From Alphaproteobacteria bacterium (GTDB taxonomy: Bacteria > Pseudomonadota > Alphaproteobacteria > JAAXGF01), in the NCBI GenBank assembly GCA_963555825.3, contig CAUVXB020000002.1, forward strand, positions 2,656,001 through 2,720,000: 64,000 bases of DNA, in the 5' to 3' direction. This document shows positions 34,099 through 45,681 of the stretch, in pieces. Made by a program: the position numbers and the translations under genes. Each line of letters opens with the position of its first letter. Positions within the stretch are counted from its first letter, which is position 1. A model generated the notes under the pieces. That model was given only the letters and a program-made list of their open reading frames with translations, was not told the DNA's origin and did no database searches.

Positions 34099-34755
34099 AT
34101 GCTGAGACGGATCCTGGCGACGGCGGTCATCGCCGGCTTTGTCGCGGGCATCGCCATCTCGCTCGTCCAGTCGGTCTGGGTCGCGCCGCTGGTCCTGCAC
34201 GCCGAGACCTACGAGGTCGCCGCGGCGATGGGCGAGGCCGCGTCGGCGCAGCAACCCTGGGCGCCCGAGGACGGCGTCGAGAGGACGATGTATTCGGCAC
34301 TCGCCAACGTGGTGGCCGGCGTCGCCTTCGGCCTCGTGTTGGTCGGCGCGATCTCGCTCTCGGGCCGCGAGGTCGACTGGCGGCGTGGATTGCTGTGGGG
34401 CCTCGGCGGTTTCGTGGCGTTCGCGCTCGCGCCGGCGATCGGCTTGCTGCCCGACCCACCCGGCGTCGACGCCGGGCCGCTCTTGGGCCGTCAGATCTGG
34501 TGGCTCGGCACCGTCGCGGCGAGCGCGGCGGGCCTCGCGGCTCTCGTCTTCGCGCGGCGTCCGGCGCTGAAGCTCGGCGGGGTGGCGCTGTTGATCCTGC
34601 CGCACGCCATCGGCGCGCCGCACGTCGACGTCTACGGCGGCGCGACGCCGGCCGATGTCATCGACGACTTCATCGTCGCGTCGTTGGTCACGACGGGCCT
34701 ATTCTGGCTCACCCTCGGCGGCTTCACCGGGCTTCTGTACCGCCGTTTCGCTTAA
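34099..34755 (+). CDS. cbtA: Cobalt transporter subunit CbtA
   Basis: AETYE, WAPEDGVERT, RQIWW and LPHAIGAP motifs; follows cbtB. Confidence 0.93.
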   Translation: MLRRILATAVIAGFVAGIAISLVQSVWVAPLVLHAETYEVAAAMGEAASAQQPWAPEDGVERTMYSALANVVAGVAFGLVLVGAISLSGREVDWRRGLLWGLGGFVAFALAPAIGLLPDPPGVDAGPLLGRQIWWLGTVAASAAGLAALVFARRPALKLGGVALLILPHAIGAPHVDVYGGATPADVIDDFIVASLVTTGLFWLTLGGFTGLLYRRFA

Positions 34756-36226
34756 CAGCCCGTTGACGAATTCTTCCCTGGACGAAGTCGGCATGGTCTG
34801 ATTCTCTGGTGTCCTGGCCTGAAGGGGGGTTCGCTGATGGCGATGGGACAGCAGAAGGATCGTCAGGGGGACTTGATGGTGAGCTGGTCGGAGATGCCGC
34901 GCTCGCCAGGTCATGTATTTTACGACCGCCTGCAGTTGGTACTGATCGAGGGCGGCTTCGACGGCTTCGCCGAGGCGGTCTGCCAGCCCTATTACGCGGC
35001 CAGGATGGGGGCGCCTTCGGTGCCACCCGGGCGCTACTTCCGTATGCACCTGGTGGGCTACTTCGAGGGTATCGACTCTGAGCGTGGGCTGGAGTGGCGG
35101 TGCTCGGATTCCCTGTCGCTACGGGAGTTCCTGCTGTTGGAGAGGCGGGAACGGGTGCCGGACCATTCCTGGCTGTCACGGACCCGCGCGCGCCTGCCCC
35201 ATGAAGTCCACACGGCGGTGTTTGACTGGGTCCTGGCGCTGATCGCCGAGGCGGGTCTGGTGAAGGGCGAGCGCATCGGGGTGGATGCCTCGACCATGGA
35301 GGCCAACGCGGCGCTGCGCAACATCGTGCGGAGGGACACGGGCGAGGGTTACCGGGGGATGCTGGAGCGCTTGGCCCAGGAGAGCGGTATCGAGACACCC
35401 ACGGCTGAGGACCTGGCGCGTCTGGACCGCAAGCGCAAGGGCAAGAAGCTCTCGAACCAGGACTGGGTTTCCAGGAGCGACCCCGAGGCCAAGATCGCCA
35501 AGATGAAGGACGGCACCACGCACCTGGCCTACAAGCCCGAGCACGCGGTGGATCTGGACACCGGCGCGGTGGTGGCGGCGGAGCTGCACCCGGCCGACGA
35601 GGGCGATACGACAACGCTTCCCAAGACCCTGGCGGCGGCCGAGGCAAACCTCGAGGCGGTGGATGTGGCGCCGACGGCCGAAGATCCGGCCGAATGTGTG
35701 ACCGATAAGGGCTACCACTCACGGTTGGTCTTGAAGGCGCTCGACGACGGCCCCTGGAAGAGCCGGATCTCCGAGCCCAAGCAGAAGGGTTTTGCGCGCT
35801 GGCACGGAGATGATGCGGCTCGCCGGGCGGTCACCAACAACCGGACCCGGCTGTTATCGGGGGTGGCCAGGGAAGCCTTCAAGCTGCGCGCCGAGATCGT
35901 CGAGCGCTCCTTTGCCCACAACCTCGATCGCGGCGGCATGCGCCGGACCTGGCTTCGGGGCCGCGAGAACGTGCACAAGCGATACCTGCTTCACGTCGCC
36001 GGCCACAACCTATCGTTGCTGATGCGCCAACTCATCGGCGCCGGCACCCCGAAGGAGGCCGTGGCGGGCGGAATTGGCGCCTTGTTCGTGCTTGTTACGC
36101 CCGCTGGAGCCGTCCTGGTCGTTCAGATCGTCCTCATCGTCTCGGAGGATGGCGAAACCGCCTTCGCCGCGATATGCTTCGCCGTGGCGTGAAACCCGGT
36201 CAATGACGCCTTTTTCAACGGGCTGC
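34755..36226 (+). mobile_element. IS1182/IS5-like element, copy 1; transposase 34837-36192
   Basis: IRs CAGCCCGTTGA / TCAACGGGCTG at a TA within the cbtA stop codon; motifs PDHS, VDAST, DKGY and VERSFA. Confidence 0.88.
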
Positions 36227-36240
36227 TAAGGGCGGCCATC

Positions 36241-37137
36241 ATGCCGACGGTTCGCGGCGCTATTCGTTTGAATCCGAAGCTTGGAACGGTCTTGTGGCGT
36301 GTCCTGATAGCCTTGTGCCTGTCGGCGACGACAGCCATCGACGGTGTGGCGCAGGACAACGACTACGCGCCGAAGGGCACGACGCCGGTGTCCGAAATGT
36401 CGACCGACGATTGGATCGACCCCGACGAGCTCGAACGCACCTGGAACGCGGCGAAGGTCCGCATTCCGCTCGCCACGGGCGTGGTTAAGACGATCATGGC
36501 CGAGCTGACGACCGTGCCCAATGAGCGGTTCCCGCTGGTCGTCTACATGCACGGCTGCAACGGGTTCTGGGCCGGCACCGATCGGCGCATCGATTTTCTC
36601 GCGCGCGTCGGCTACGCGGCGATCGCGCCGAACAGCTTCGCGCGACGGAAGGTGCCGATGAATTGCGATCCCCGCGCACGGCGCGGCGGGTTCTATCGTG
36701 GCACGCTCAAGATGCGCCAATTCGAAGCGGCTTACGCCATCGAACGGGCGCGGGCGCTGCCCTGGGTCGATCCCGACAACGTCTTCCTGATGGGGCTGAG
36801 CCAGGGCGGCATCACCACGGCGACGCTCGAGGAAGCCGGCCGGCCGGTCAACGCGCGCATCATCGAGGGTTGGGGCTGCCACGCCGGCTGGTTCGAATAC
36901 AAGGGGCTAAACGCGGCGCCGGGACAGCCCGTGCTGGCGCTGGTCGCGGCCAACGACCCCTGGTTCCGCGCCGACTACCTGCAAGGCGACTGTGGCGCCT
37001 TCATGGACGACGCCGATGCGAGCGGCAGCCGGTCGGTGGTCTTCGATTCGGGCCCACTGCAGTACAAGCATGCGCTGCTCGAATCCGCTGAGGTCCAGGC
37101 GATCGTCCGGGACTTCCTCGAGCGGCACCGGAACTAG
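36241..37137 (+). CDS. Exported alpha/beta hydrolase (dienelactone hydrolase-like)
   Basis: YMHGCNG motif, nucleophile elbow GLSQGG and a hydrophobic N-terminus. Confidence 0.8.
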   Translation: MPTVRGAIRLNPKLGTVLWRVLIALCLSATTAIDGVAQDNDYAPKGTTPVSEMSTDDWIDPDELERTWNAAKVRIPLATGVVKTIMAELTTVPNERFPLVVYMHGCNGFWAGTDRRIDFLARVGYAAIAPNSFARRKVPMNCDPRARRGGFYRGTLKMRQFEAAYAIERARALPWVDPDNVFLMGLSQGGITTATLEEAGRPVNARIIEGWGCHAGWFEYKGLNAAPGQPVLALVAANDPWFRADYLQGDCGAFMDDADASGSRSVVFDSGPLQYKHALLESAEVQAIVRDFLERHRN

Positions 37138-37146
37138 GCGGGCCTT

Positions 37147-37173
37147 TTAGCCGTCCTCGCCGCTGACGCCGGC
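37147..37173 (-). repeat. Displaced copy of the cobT 3' end
   Basis: 23/27 identical to 44634-44660; reads AGVSGEDG* versus AGVSGKDG* in cobT. Confidence 0.85.
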
Positions 37174-37261
37174 CACGTCGGGGCGCAACGACAGCACTGA
37201 ATCGAGTTTTCGATGCAGCGCCATGTTGCAGTTCCACGCCACCAACCGAATCGGCTGTCCG

Positions 37262-37903
37262 TTATGTAGGGCTCGAGAGAAGCTTCAGGCCAACAAACGC
37301 AAAGAATGCGCCGAGGGTGCTTTGAATCCAGCGGCGCGCCTTGCCGTAGAGTCGCACCATCGGCGTGGTCGAGAAGGCTATTGCATAGACGCAGTGAATG
37401 ACGACCGAAAGGACGGTCGTGCCGACGACGATCGAAACGGCGACCCAAATAGGCCCACCTGCCTGAAGGCCCAGCGAGATGATCGCGATCCAGGCCAGCG
37501 CCGCCTTCGGATTGGACATCTGGATCATCAAACCGCGAAGATAATAGTCGCGTGGACTCAGGCCCTCGCCGCCCAACGTTCTGGCCTCGATGCCATGCCG
37601 CGAAGCCGCGGCTCGGAACGACTTGTAGGCGAGCCACAAGAGATAGAGACCGCCCGCGATCTTGATGGCAGTCAGCGCAACCGCATAGGACGCAAGCAGC
37701 GCGGACAAACCCGTGGCGGTCAGCATTGCCCAACAGAACGAACCGCTGGCGACACCGAGGGAAAGTGCAATCCCCGACGACCTGCCGATGTTCATTGATG
37801 TTGCCATGATCGCGAGTATGTTCGGCCCAGGGCTCATGATCGATAGCAGAAAGGCTGTATAGGCGAGGATGATACCCGGCAGGTAGACGGAAATCTGGTC
37901 CAT
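37262..37903 (-). CDS. LysE/RhtB family exporter
   Basis: SPGPN, GGLYLLWL and SNPKA motifs. Confidence 0.92.
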   Translation of the reverse strand: MDQISVYLPGIILAYTAFLLSIMSPGPNILAIMATSMNIGRSSGIALSLGVASGSFCWAMLTATGLSALLASYAVALTAIKIAGGLYLLWLAYKSFRAAASRHGIEARTLGGEGLSPRDYYLRGLMIQMSNPKAALAWIAIISLGLQAGGPIWVAVSIVVGTTVLSVVIHCVYAIAFSTTPMVRLYGKARRWIQSTLGAFFAFVGLKLLSSPT

Positions 37904-37982
37904 TGGCGTTGCCTCTCTCCAAAATGCCCGGTTGGGAGCTTACCAAGTTGACGGGCTCTCATAATTTGGTAATCATCAAACG

Positions 37983-40097
37983 ATGAAAGATGGCCCCGAC
38001 ATCTCCGTCACTGCTGCGTTAATCGGCGACCCGGCGCGCGCAAATATGATCATGGCAATGATGTCTGGCCTGTCCCACACCGCAGCGGAACTGGCGCGTC
38101 AAGCAGGTGTCACACCTTCCACCGCGAGCGGTGTATCGCACCCGGTTCCTTGGACACAAGTTTGTCTCATGCGGCGGGCCTGAGTGACATCGCGGTGTGC
38201 CACGCCTGACGAGCTTGAGCGGGGCTCAGGTAGCCGTTCTTCTCCACGATCCACTGGGCATTGTACTGTTCGACGAACCCGCGGACGGCGTTCCGCAGCT
38301 CCGCGATGTTGCGGTAGATGCGGCCATGGATGATCTGTTCCTTGAGCGTGCGATTGAACCTCTCGGCGACGCCGTTGGTCTGGGGCTGTTCGACGAAGGC
38401 GTAGGACGGCTGGATGCCCCAGAACTTGATCTGGTTGGTGAAGTGGTCCGACAGATACTGGGAGCCGTGATCCATCCGCAAGGCCAGCCCCCGCGCCGCA
38501 CCGGCGGAGGTCGAGGCATACAGCCTCGCAAGCCCCATGGAGATCGGCTGAAGGGCGGCGAAGCGGTCGCCTCGCTTGCACACATGCCAGCCGACGCACT
38601 CGGCGTTCCAATGCTCGATGGCGGTGAATATCCAGCCCCAGCCGTCGTCCACCGTGAACACCCGAACGCCGTCCGTGCCCCACATGAGGTTGGGGGCATG
38701 GGTGATGATCTCACCGACATGGGGATTTCCGCCACGGCGGCGGCAGCGATGGGGCGAGAGCAGGTTGTTCTCGCGCATCACCCGGAGCCCCCGCTTGCGG
38801 GAAACACGGATGCCACGACAGACCCGAAGCCGAGCCCAGACCTTGCGGTGTCCCTCGCCCTCCCAGGGGGATGCCTCCAGGTCGGCCTCGATGGCCACCA
38901 GCAGAGCCTCGTCCGAGATCGAGGGCTTCGGTCCCCGGCGCTTTGCTGGTGGGCGCTCAGCGGTGGCCTGCTGCCGGGATTTCATGGCGTAGAACGAGGA
39001 ACGGGCAAAACCCCAGGCCGCACAGACCCGCTGGAGGCCGTAGGCCAAACCCGTGCCGGGAGAGGTGGCGGCACTCATCGCCGCGACCTCCGCCGCCCCA
39101 AAGGGCCGGACGTCTCCGTCTTGGCCTCCAGCAGTTCCACCTGCATGATCAACTCCCCGATCCGCTTCATGGCGATGTCCAGTTCCGCCTTCACCGGATC
39201 GCCCTTGCGTTCCTTGAGCGAGGCATCGATCCCGGCGATCGCCTTCTCACGCCACTGCTCGAGCCGGAAAATCTCCACGCCCAACTGCCGCGACAAAAGT
39301 TCCACCGGCTCGCCACGCAAAAGCCGCAGGGCAACCTCACGCTTGCGCGTCACCGTCCACCGCTGGCCAAGTCCCAGCGGGCCTGCCGGCGAAACCTGGC
39401 CCGGGGAAAACGTGGACGAGCCAAGCTCGCCCTCGTTTACCACAGGCCCATCAACAGCAACTTTGTTCTCAAAATTGTCGGTCATGTTCCGGTCCTCCTT
39501 GGACACTTCGATTAAGCCAATTCTGTGTCCAAGGAAATCGGGTCCGACTCATCCACCGCGAGCGGGCACCTGGCAAAGCTCGAAACATGCGGGCTGATTG
39601 CCCGCGAGAAACAAGGCCGCCATCATTACTTCCGTATCGCCGACTCTGATGTGGCGCATGCCGTGGAAGCCCTGGTTACCATTGCCGCTAGGGTTGGGCA
39701 TTTACGGTCCCGGCCGGGTCCAAGGGACGAGGCAATGCGACATGCCCGCTCCTGCTATGATCATCTGGCCGGGCATCTCGCGGTTGATATGTTCCAGCAC
39801 TGGGTTTCAAGCCGTGCGATCACCTGGCGCGATGAGGTTGTCCATTTCACTCGCAAGGGGCGCCGCTTCCTCACTGATCGCGGCATCGACGTCGCGGCAC
39901 TGGAACGCAAGAAACGCCCGCTCTGCCGCACATGCATTGACTGGAGCGAGCGTCGAAATCACCTCGGCGGCAGCATCGGTGCGGCGGTCCTTTCGAATAT
40001 TCTGGAAAGCGGCTGGGCGGTTCGGGAAGCGGGCTCTCGCACAGTCCAGTTTAGCGCGCGAGGCGAGAAGAGTTTTGTTGCCCGGTATTCAGCCTAG
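37983..40097 (+). pseudogene. ArsR/SmtB-family regulator interrupted by an IS
   Basis: IGDPARA...TPSTAS|GHLAKL...ARSCYDHLAG...CIDWSERR; rejoins in frame to 226 aa. Confidence 0.92.
38132..39551 (-). mobile_element. IS3-like two-ORF element, copy 2, with a 14-bp TSD
   Basis: 1420 bp, same ORF translations as copy 1; TCCACCGCGAGCGG at 38118-38131 and 39552-39565. Confidence 0.92.
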
Positions 40098-40116
40098 CAC
40101 ATCGTTCGGGACAGTC

Positions 40117-42918
40117 TGAGGTGGTCCCAGAAAATCGGACAGGGAGCTAACAGCCCGTTGACGAAGTCGGCACTGGACGCAAGCGGCCTGGTCTGATTCT
40201 TTGATGTTCTGATTTGACCGGAGGATTCGCCGATGGCGATGGGACAGCAGAAGGATCGTCAGGGGGACTTGATGGTGGGCTGGGCGGAGATGCCGCGCTC
40301 GCCGGGTCATGTGTTTTACGACCGCCTGCAGTCGGTGCTGATCGAGGGCGGCTTCGACGCCTTTGCCGAGGCGAGCTGCCGGCCCTATTACGCGGCCAGG
40401 ATGGGCGCGCCCTCGGTGCCGCCCGGGCGCTATTTCCGCATGCACCTGGTGGGCTACTTCGAGGGCATCGACTCAGAGCGCGGTCTGGAGTGGCGTTGCT
40501 CGGATTCCCTGTCGCTGCGGGAGTTCCTGCGACTGGGGAGCCGTGAGCGGGTGCCGGACCATTCCTGGCTGTCGAAGACCCGCGCGCGCCTGCCCCATGA
40601 AGTCCACGCGGCGGTCTTCGACTGGGTTCTGGCCTTGATCGGCGAGGCGGGTCTGGTGAAGGGCGAGCGCATCGGGGTGGATGCCTCGACCATGGAGGCC
40701 AACGCGGCGCTGCGCAACATCGTGCGGCGCGACACGGGTGAAGGCTACCGGGAGATGCTGGAGCACCTGGCCCGGGAGAGCGGCATCGAGACGCCCACGG
40801 CCGAGGACCTGGCGCGTCTGGACCGCAAGCGCAAGGGCAAGAAGCTTTCCAACGAGGACTGGGTTTCGAAGAGCGACCCCGAGGCCAAGATCGCCAAGAT
40901 GAAGGACGGCACGACGCATCTGGCCTACAAGCCCGAGCACGCGGTGGATCTGGACACCGGCGCGGTGGTGGCCGCCGAGCTGCACCCGGCCGACGAGGGC
41001 GACACGACGACGCTTCCCAAAACGTTGGAGACGGCCAAGGAGAACCTTGCGAGCGTTGACGCGGCGCCGACGGCAGAGGACCCGGCCGAATGTGTGACCG
41101 ACAAAGGCTATCACTCACGGGCGGTCTTGAAGGCCTTGGACAACGGCCCGTGGAAGACCCGGATCGCCGAGCCCAAGCAGAAGGGCTTCGCGCGCTGGCG
41201 CGGCGACGAGGCGGCGCGGCGCGCGGTCACCAACAACCGGACCCGGCTGTTATCGGGGGTGGCCAAGCAAGCCTTCAAGCTGCGCGCCGAGATCGTCGAG
41301 CGCTCCTTCGCCCACAACCTCGATCGCGGCGGCATGCGCCGGACCTGGCTTCGGGGCCGCGAGAACGTGCACAAGCGATACCTGCTCCACGTCGCCGGCC
41401 ACAACCTATCGTTGCTGATGCGCCAACTCATCGGCGCCGGCACCCCGCGCGAGGCCGTGGCGGGCGGATATGGCGGTATTTTCGTGCTGCTCACGCCCAC
41501 CGGGGCCATGCTGGTCGCACTGGGGGTCTCGCAAAGCGGCCAGACGGTTTTCGCCGCCGCATTCCTCATCTGGGAGTGAGAGCCGGAAAAAGCCACTTAA
41601 TCAACGGGCTGCTAAGGTGTATTCCACCGGATAACGGAGGAATACGAGATGACGAATCGACGCCGGTTTACGGCGGAATTCAAGGCCCGGGTGGCGCTGG
41701 AAGCGCTGCGGGGCGACAAGACGATCCAGCAGATCGCGGCCAAGCACAAGGTGCATCCGAACCAGGTGAGCGCCTGGAAGCGCCAGGCGGTGGACGGTCT
41801 GGGCGAAGTGTTTTCGAACGGCGCCAACCGCGCTTGCCGGGATCATGAATCCGAGGTCCGCGACCTTCACGCCAAGATCGGCGAGCTGACGGTGGAACGG
41901 GATTTTTTAGCCAGAGGGCTCAAGCGATGAGCCGGGGGGAGCGCAAGGCGATGATCACACGCGACGCCCCCGAGCTGAGCTTGAGCCGTCAATGCCGCCT
42001 GCTTTCGATCGGCCGGTCCTCGTTCTATTATGCGCCCAGGGGGGAGAGCCCTTCGAGTCTGGCGCTGATGCGTCGGATCGACGAGTTGTTCATGAAGTAC
42101 CCGTTCTACGGCAGCCGCCAGATGGTCCGCCAGTTGCGGCGGGACGGCGTTTGCGTCGGCCGTCACCGGGTTCGCAGGTTGATGCGATTGATAGGCCTGG
42201 AGGCGATCTATCAGGCGCCGAGAACCAGCGTGCCGCATCCCATGCACCGGATTTATCCTTATCTTCTCAAAGGGATGGCTATCGACCAGCCCAATCGGGT
42301 CTGGTGCGCCGACATCACCTATATCCCCGTCCAGCGTGGCTTTCTGTACCTGGTAGCGATCATGGACTGGGCGACGCGCCACGTTTTATCCTGGCGGCTG
42401 TCGAACACCATGGACGCTGGATTCTGCGCCGAGGCCTTGGGCGACGCGCTGGCCCGCTACGGCCAGCCGGAGATATTCAATACGGATCAGGGCAGCCAGT
42501 TCACCAGCCTCGACTTCACCGGCGTGCTCAAGAACGCGAGCATCCGCATCTCCATGGACGGTCGGGGCCGCTGCATGGACAACATCTTCATCGAGCGCCT
42601 GTGGCGGTCTCTCAAGTATGAGGCGGTCTACCTACACGAGCTCACCGACGGCTTCCACGCCGAACGGGTCATCGGCGAGTGGATCGGCTTCTACAACACC
42701 GAGCGGCCCCATTCGTCCCTCGACGGTCAAACGCCGGCCGAGGCCTACGGGGCCGGTCAACCTGTGGATATGATGGACAAGGCTCGCGCCTTGCCCACAT
42801 CCCCACAGGCTCAACAACAGCAACAGGATGTGATAAAAAGGATTTTGGCAGCATGATCAAACAACGGAATACACCTTAACCGCGCTGCCAAACTGTCCAA
42901 CAAAGTGGGACCACCTCA
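40117..42918 (+). mobile_element. IS3-family element (orfA 41649-41930, orfB 41927-42856) carrying a nested IS in its left end
   Basis: IRs TGAGGTGGTCCCA / TGGGACCACCTCA; TSD GTC; motifs WCADITY, TDQGSQF and IERLWRSLKYE. Confidence 0.92.
40150..41612 (+). mobile_element. IS1182/IS5-like element, diverged copy 2 (nested); transposase 40233-41579
   Basis: Same IR core as copy 1, inserted at CTAA; protein similar to copy 1 but with a different C-terminus. Confidence 0.88.
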
Positions 42919-42934
42919 GTCGCCGGAAGCGCTT

Positions 42935-44315
42935 CTATAGAATAACGTAAGGGACAAACGGCACTCGATCACGCCTGGAAACACGCGGTAAGAGCTCATT
43001 GATTGCCTTTTTGAAATGCTCTGTCGCCTGGTGTGTGCCCCACGCTTCCTCATTCTTATAGAGTTCATAGATAAAGAACTGTGAGGGATTGGTGGGCGAG
43101 CGATATGGCAGGAAAAGCTTTACGCCGGGTTCGCCCATCGTAGGCTCAACCAAGCCTTCTAGAGCGTGGTTTTTCGTGATGGAATCGTAAAGGGGATTCC
43201 CAGGGTCCTGAAGATGTGATTCAAGATGCTGGCTGGAGAAGGAGGCCAGCATGTATGGCACGACCTTATTCCCTGGACTTGCGCGAGCGGGTTGTCGCGG
43301 CGGTTGAGAGCGGTCGTACGGTTCGCGACGTTGCATCGAGCTTTGGTGTTTCGGTGTCGAGCGTCGTGAAGTGGTCGCAGCGCTATCGGGCGACGGGCAG
43401 TGCGGCGGCGTTGCCGATGGGTGGCCGTCGGCCGTTTGCCCTGGCGGCGCATCGCGGTTGGGTTCTATCGCGGCTTGCCGAGAAGCCGGACCTGACGTTG
43501 CGGGCGCTGCGGGCGGAGCTGGCGGCGCGCGGCATCGTGGTCAGCAACTACGCGGTCTGGCACTTCCTAAAGGCACAAGGCATCACGTTCAAAAAAAAGC
43601 CTGCACGCAGCCGAGCAAGACCGGCCTGACGTGGCCCGCCGGCGTGCGCGCTGGAAGAAGTATCAGGGCCGGCTGGCGCCAGGTCGGCTGGTCTTCATCG
43701 ATGAGACCTGGGTGAAGACGAACATGACGCGGCGCCATGGCCGCGCGCAACGGGGCCAGCGTTTGGTCGCCAAGGCGCCGTACGGGCGGTGGCGCACGCT
43801 GACCTTCCTGGCCGCCTTGCGCGTCGATCGGATCGACGCGCCCCTGGTGCTCGATGGGCCGATCAACGGCCGCGCCTTCACGGCTTACGTCGAGCAATTC
43901 CTGGTGCCGACCTTGGCGCCGGGCGACATCGTCATCATGGACAATCTCGGTTCCCACAAGGGAAAGGCCGTACGCCGCGCCATCCGCGCCGCCGGCGCCA
44001 AACTGCTGTTCCTACCGCCTTACTCGCCCGACTTGAACCCCATCGAGCAGGTCTTCTCCAAGCTCAAGACCCTGATGCGAAAGGCCGCCGAACGAACCGT
44101 CGAGGACACCTGGCGACGCGTCGGCAAGCTGCTCGACCAGTTCACCGCCCAAGAATGCGCCAACTACATCAGCAACGCCGGATATGCTTCAATCTAAAAC
44201 AGTCACGCTCTAGGATGGCGGCGACAGCCTCGCCCTCATTGTCCTTGGCCTCAATGTTGATGGCCACAACAAATCCGTCATTGAGTTCCTTAGGCGTAAA
44301 ACTGGTTTTCTGCAT
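42935..44315 (-). pseudogene. ABM / quinol monooxygenase-family protein interrupted by IS630
   Basis: Rejoins to 109 aa: MQKTSFTPKELNDGFVVAINIEAK...AIL|EGLVEPTMGEPG...YELY...HQATEHF; GGAGG RBS. Confidence 0.88.
43162..44210 (+). mobile_element. IS630-family element D (orfA/orfB, A8G slippery site)
   Basis: IRs GAGCGTG / CACGCTC; TA duplicated within CTAG; motifs FIDET, DNLGSHK and PYSPDLNPIE. Confidence 0.92.
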
Positions 44316-44633
44316 ATGCGCCTCCGTTCGTTCGTATGAAGCCATCCCTGTCGTACCACATCAGAAGGACACAATGCTTCGACCGCCGCCAATGTGTATT
44401 CTTCCGTGCGTGGACGCCAAACTTGGCGGACGGGAGGCGTGATGCCGACCAACAGGAAATGTCTGCTGTTGGCTGGATCCGGCCACTGGGTGGGTCCGTG
44501 TCGAACGTCTGGCATCGTCCCGACAGCCGACATCGCGGGTGCCACGCCACCGCTCCGGGTCTCGGAGCGAGAGGCGGGCGATCGGTCGAAGCGGCCCGGT
44601 GCCCGGGCGTCCGCGCGAGTTGCTGGGCGCCGT

Positions 44634-45647
44634 CTAACCGTCCTTTCCGCTGACGCCGGCTTCGGCGAAGGTCGCCATGCCGGTGTGAACGGCGACGGCG
44701 GCCTTGACGACCGAGGCCGCCAACGCGGCGCCCGAGGCTTCGCCGAGACGCATGCCGAGGTCGAGTAGCGGGTCCTTGCCGAGCCGCTCGAGCAGCCGCC
44801 GGTGGCCGGGTTCGGCCGAGCGGTGCGCGGCGAGGCAATGGTCGAGCGCCGCGCCATTGACCGCCTGCAAGGGCGCCACGGCGGCGCCGGCGACGAAGCC
44901 GTCGAGCAGCACCGGGACGCGCGCCCGGCGCGCCGCGATGGCGGCGCCCGCCATGGCCGCCAGTTCGCGCCCGCCGAGCCGGCGCATGACTTCGATCGGG
45001 TCGTCGAGCGCGTCCGCATGCGTCGCGATGCCCGCCTCGACGACGGCGGCCTTGCGGCGAACGCCGGCGTCGTCGACGCCGGTGCCCGGCCCGACCCAGT
45101 CGGCCGCCGCGCCGCCATAGAGCGCGCGGCATAGCGCGGCGGCGACGGTCGTGTTGCCAATACCCATCTCGCCAACACAGAGGAGATCGGCGCGCGCATC
45201 GAGTTTCGCCATGCCGAGCGCGACGGCGTCGAGGAACACGGCCTCGTCCATCGCCGGTTCTTGCGTGAAATCGGCCGTCGGCGTGTCGAGCGCCAGCGCG
45301 TGGACGCCGAGATCGGCGCCGATCGCGGTGCAGAGCTGGTTGATCGCCGCGCCACCGGCCGCGAAATTGCCGACCATCTGCGCGGTGACGGCGGCCGGGA
45401 ACGCCGAGACGCCCTGCGCCGTGACGCCGTGGTTGCCGGCGAAGACGAGCACCTGGATGCGTTCGGCGCGGGGCGGATTGACCGCCTGCCACGCCGCCAG
45501 CCACGCCGCGATGTCCTCGAGCCGGGCAAGCGAGCCGGCCGGCTTGGTGAGCTGGGCGTCGCGCGCCCGGGCGGCCGCGCGGCACGCCTCGTCGGGGCCG
45601 GGCAGGTCGGCGATCAGATTGCGCAGGTCGTCGAGGGTGTTGAGCAT
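44634..45647 (-). CDS. cobT: Nicotinate-nucleotide--dimethylbenzimidazole phosphoribosyltransferase
   Basis: LTKPAGSLARLE, GEMGIGNTT, MRLGEASGA and MATFAEAGV motifs. Confidence 0.96.
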   Translation of the reverse strand: MLNTLDDLRNLIADLPGPDEACRAAARARDAQLTKPAGSLARLEDIAAWLAAWQAVNPPRAERIQVLVFAGNHGVTAQGVSAFPAAVTAQMVGNFAAGGAAINQLCTAIGADLGVHALALDTPTADFTQEPAMDEAVFLDAVALGMAKLDARADLLCVGEMGIGNTTVAAALCRALYGGAAADWVGPGTGVDDAGVRRKAAVVEAGIATHADALDDPIEVMRRLGGRELAAMAGAAIAARRARVPVLLDGFVAGAAVAPLQAVNGAALDHCLAAHRSAEPGHRRLLERLGKDPLLDLGMRLGEASGAALAASVVKAAVAVHTGMATFAEAGVSGKDG

Positions 45648-45681
45648 CGAGCCGAGCCGTTCCTTCGCTGGGGTTTGAGCT

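Noticed and set aside
26954-39551. Inversion or composite transposon bounded by the two inverted IS3-like copies
   Set aside because: Copy 2 keeps its own TSD on both sides inside arsR, so it inserted independently and has not recombined with copy 1.
34755-41612. Composite transposon formed by the two IS1182/IS5-like copies
   Set aside because: The copies are diverged, each has its own target site, and the second is nested in an IS3.
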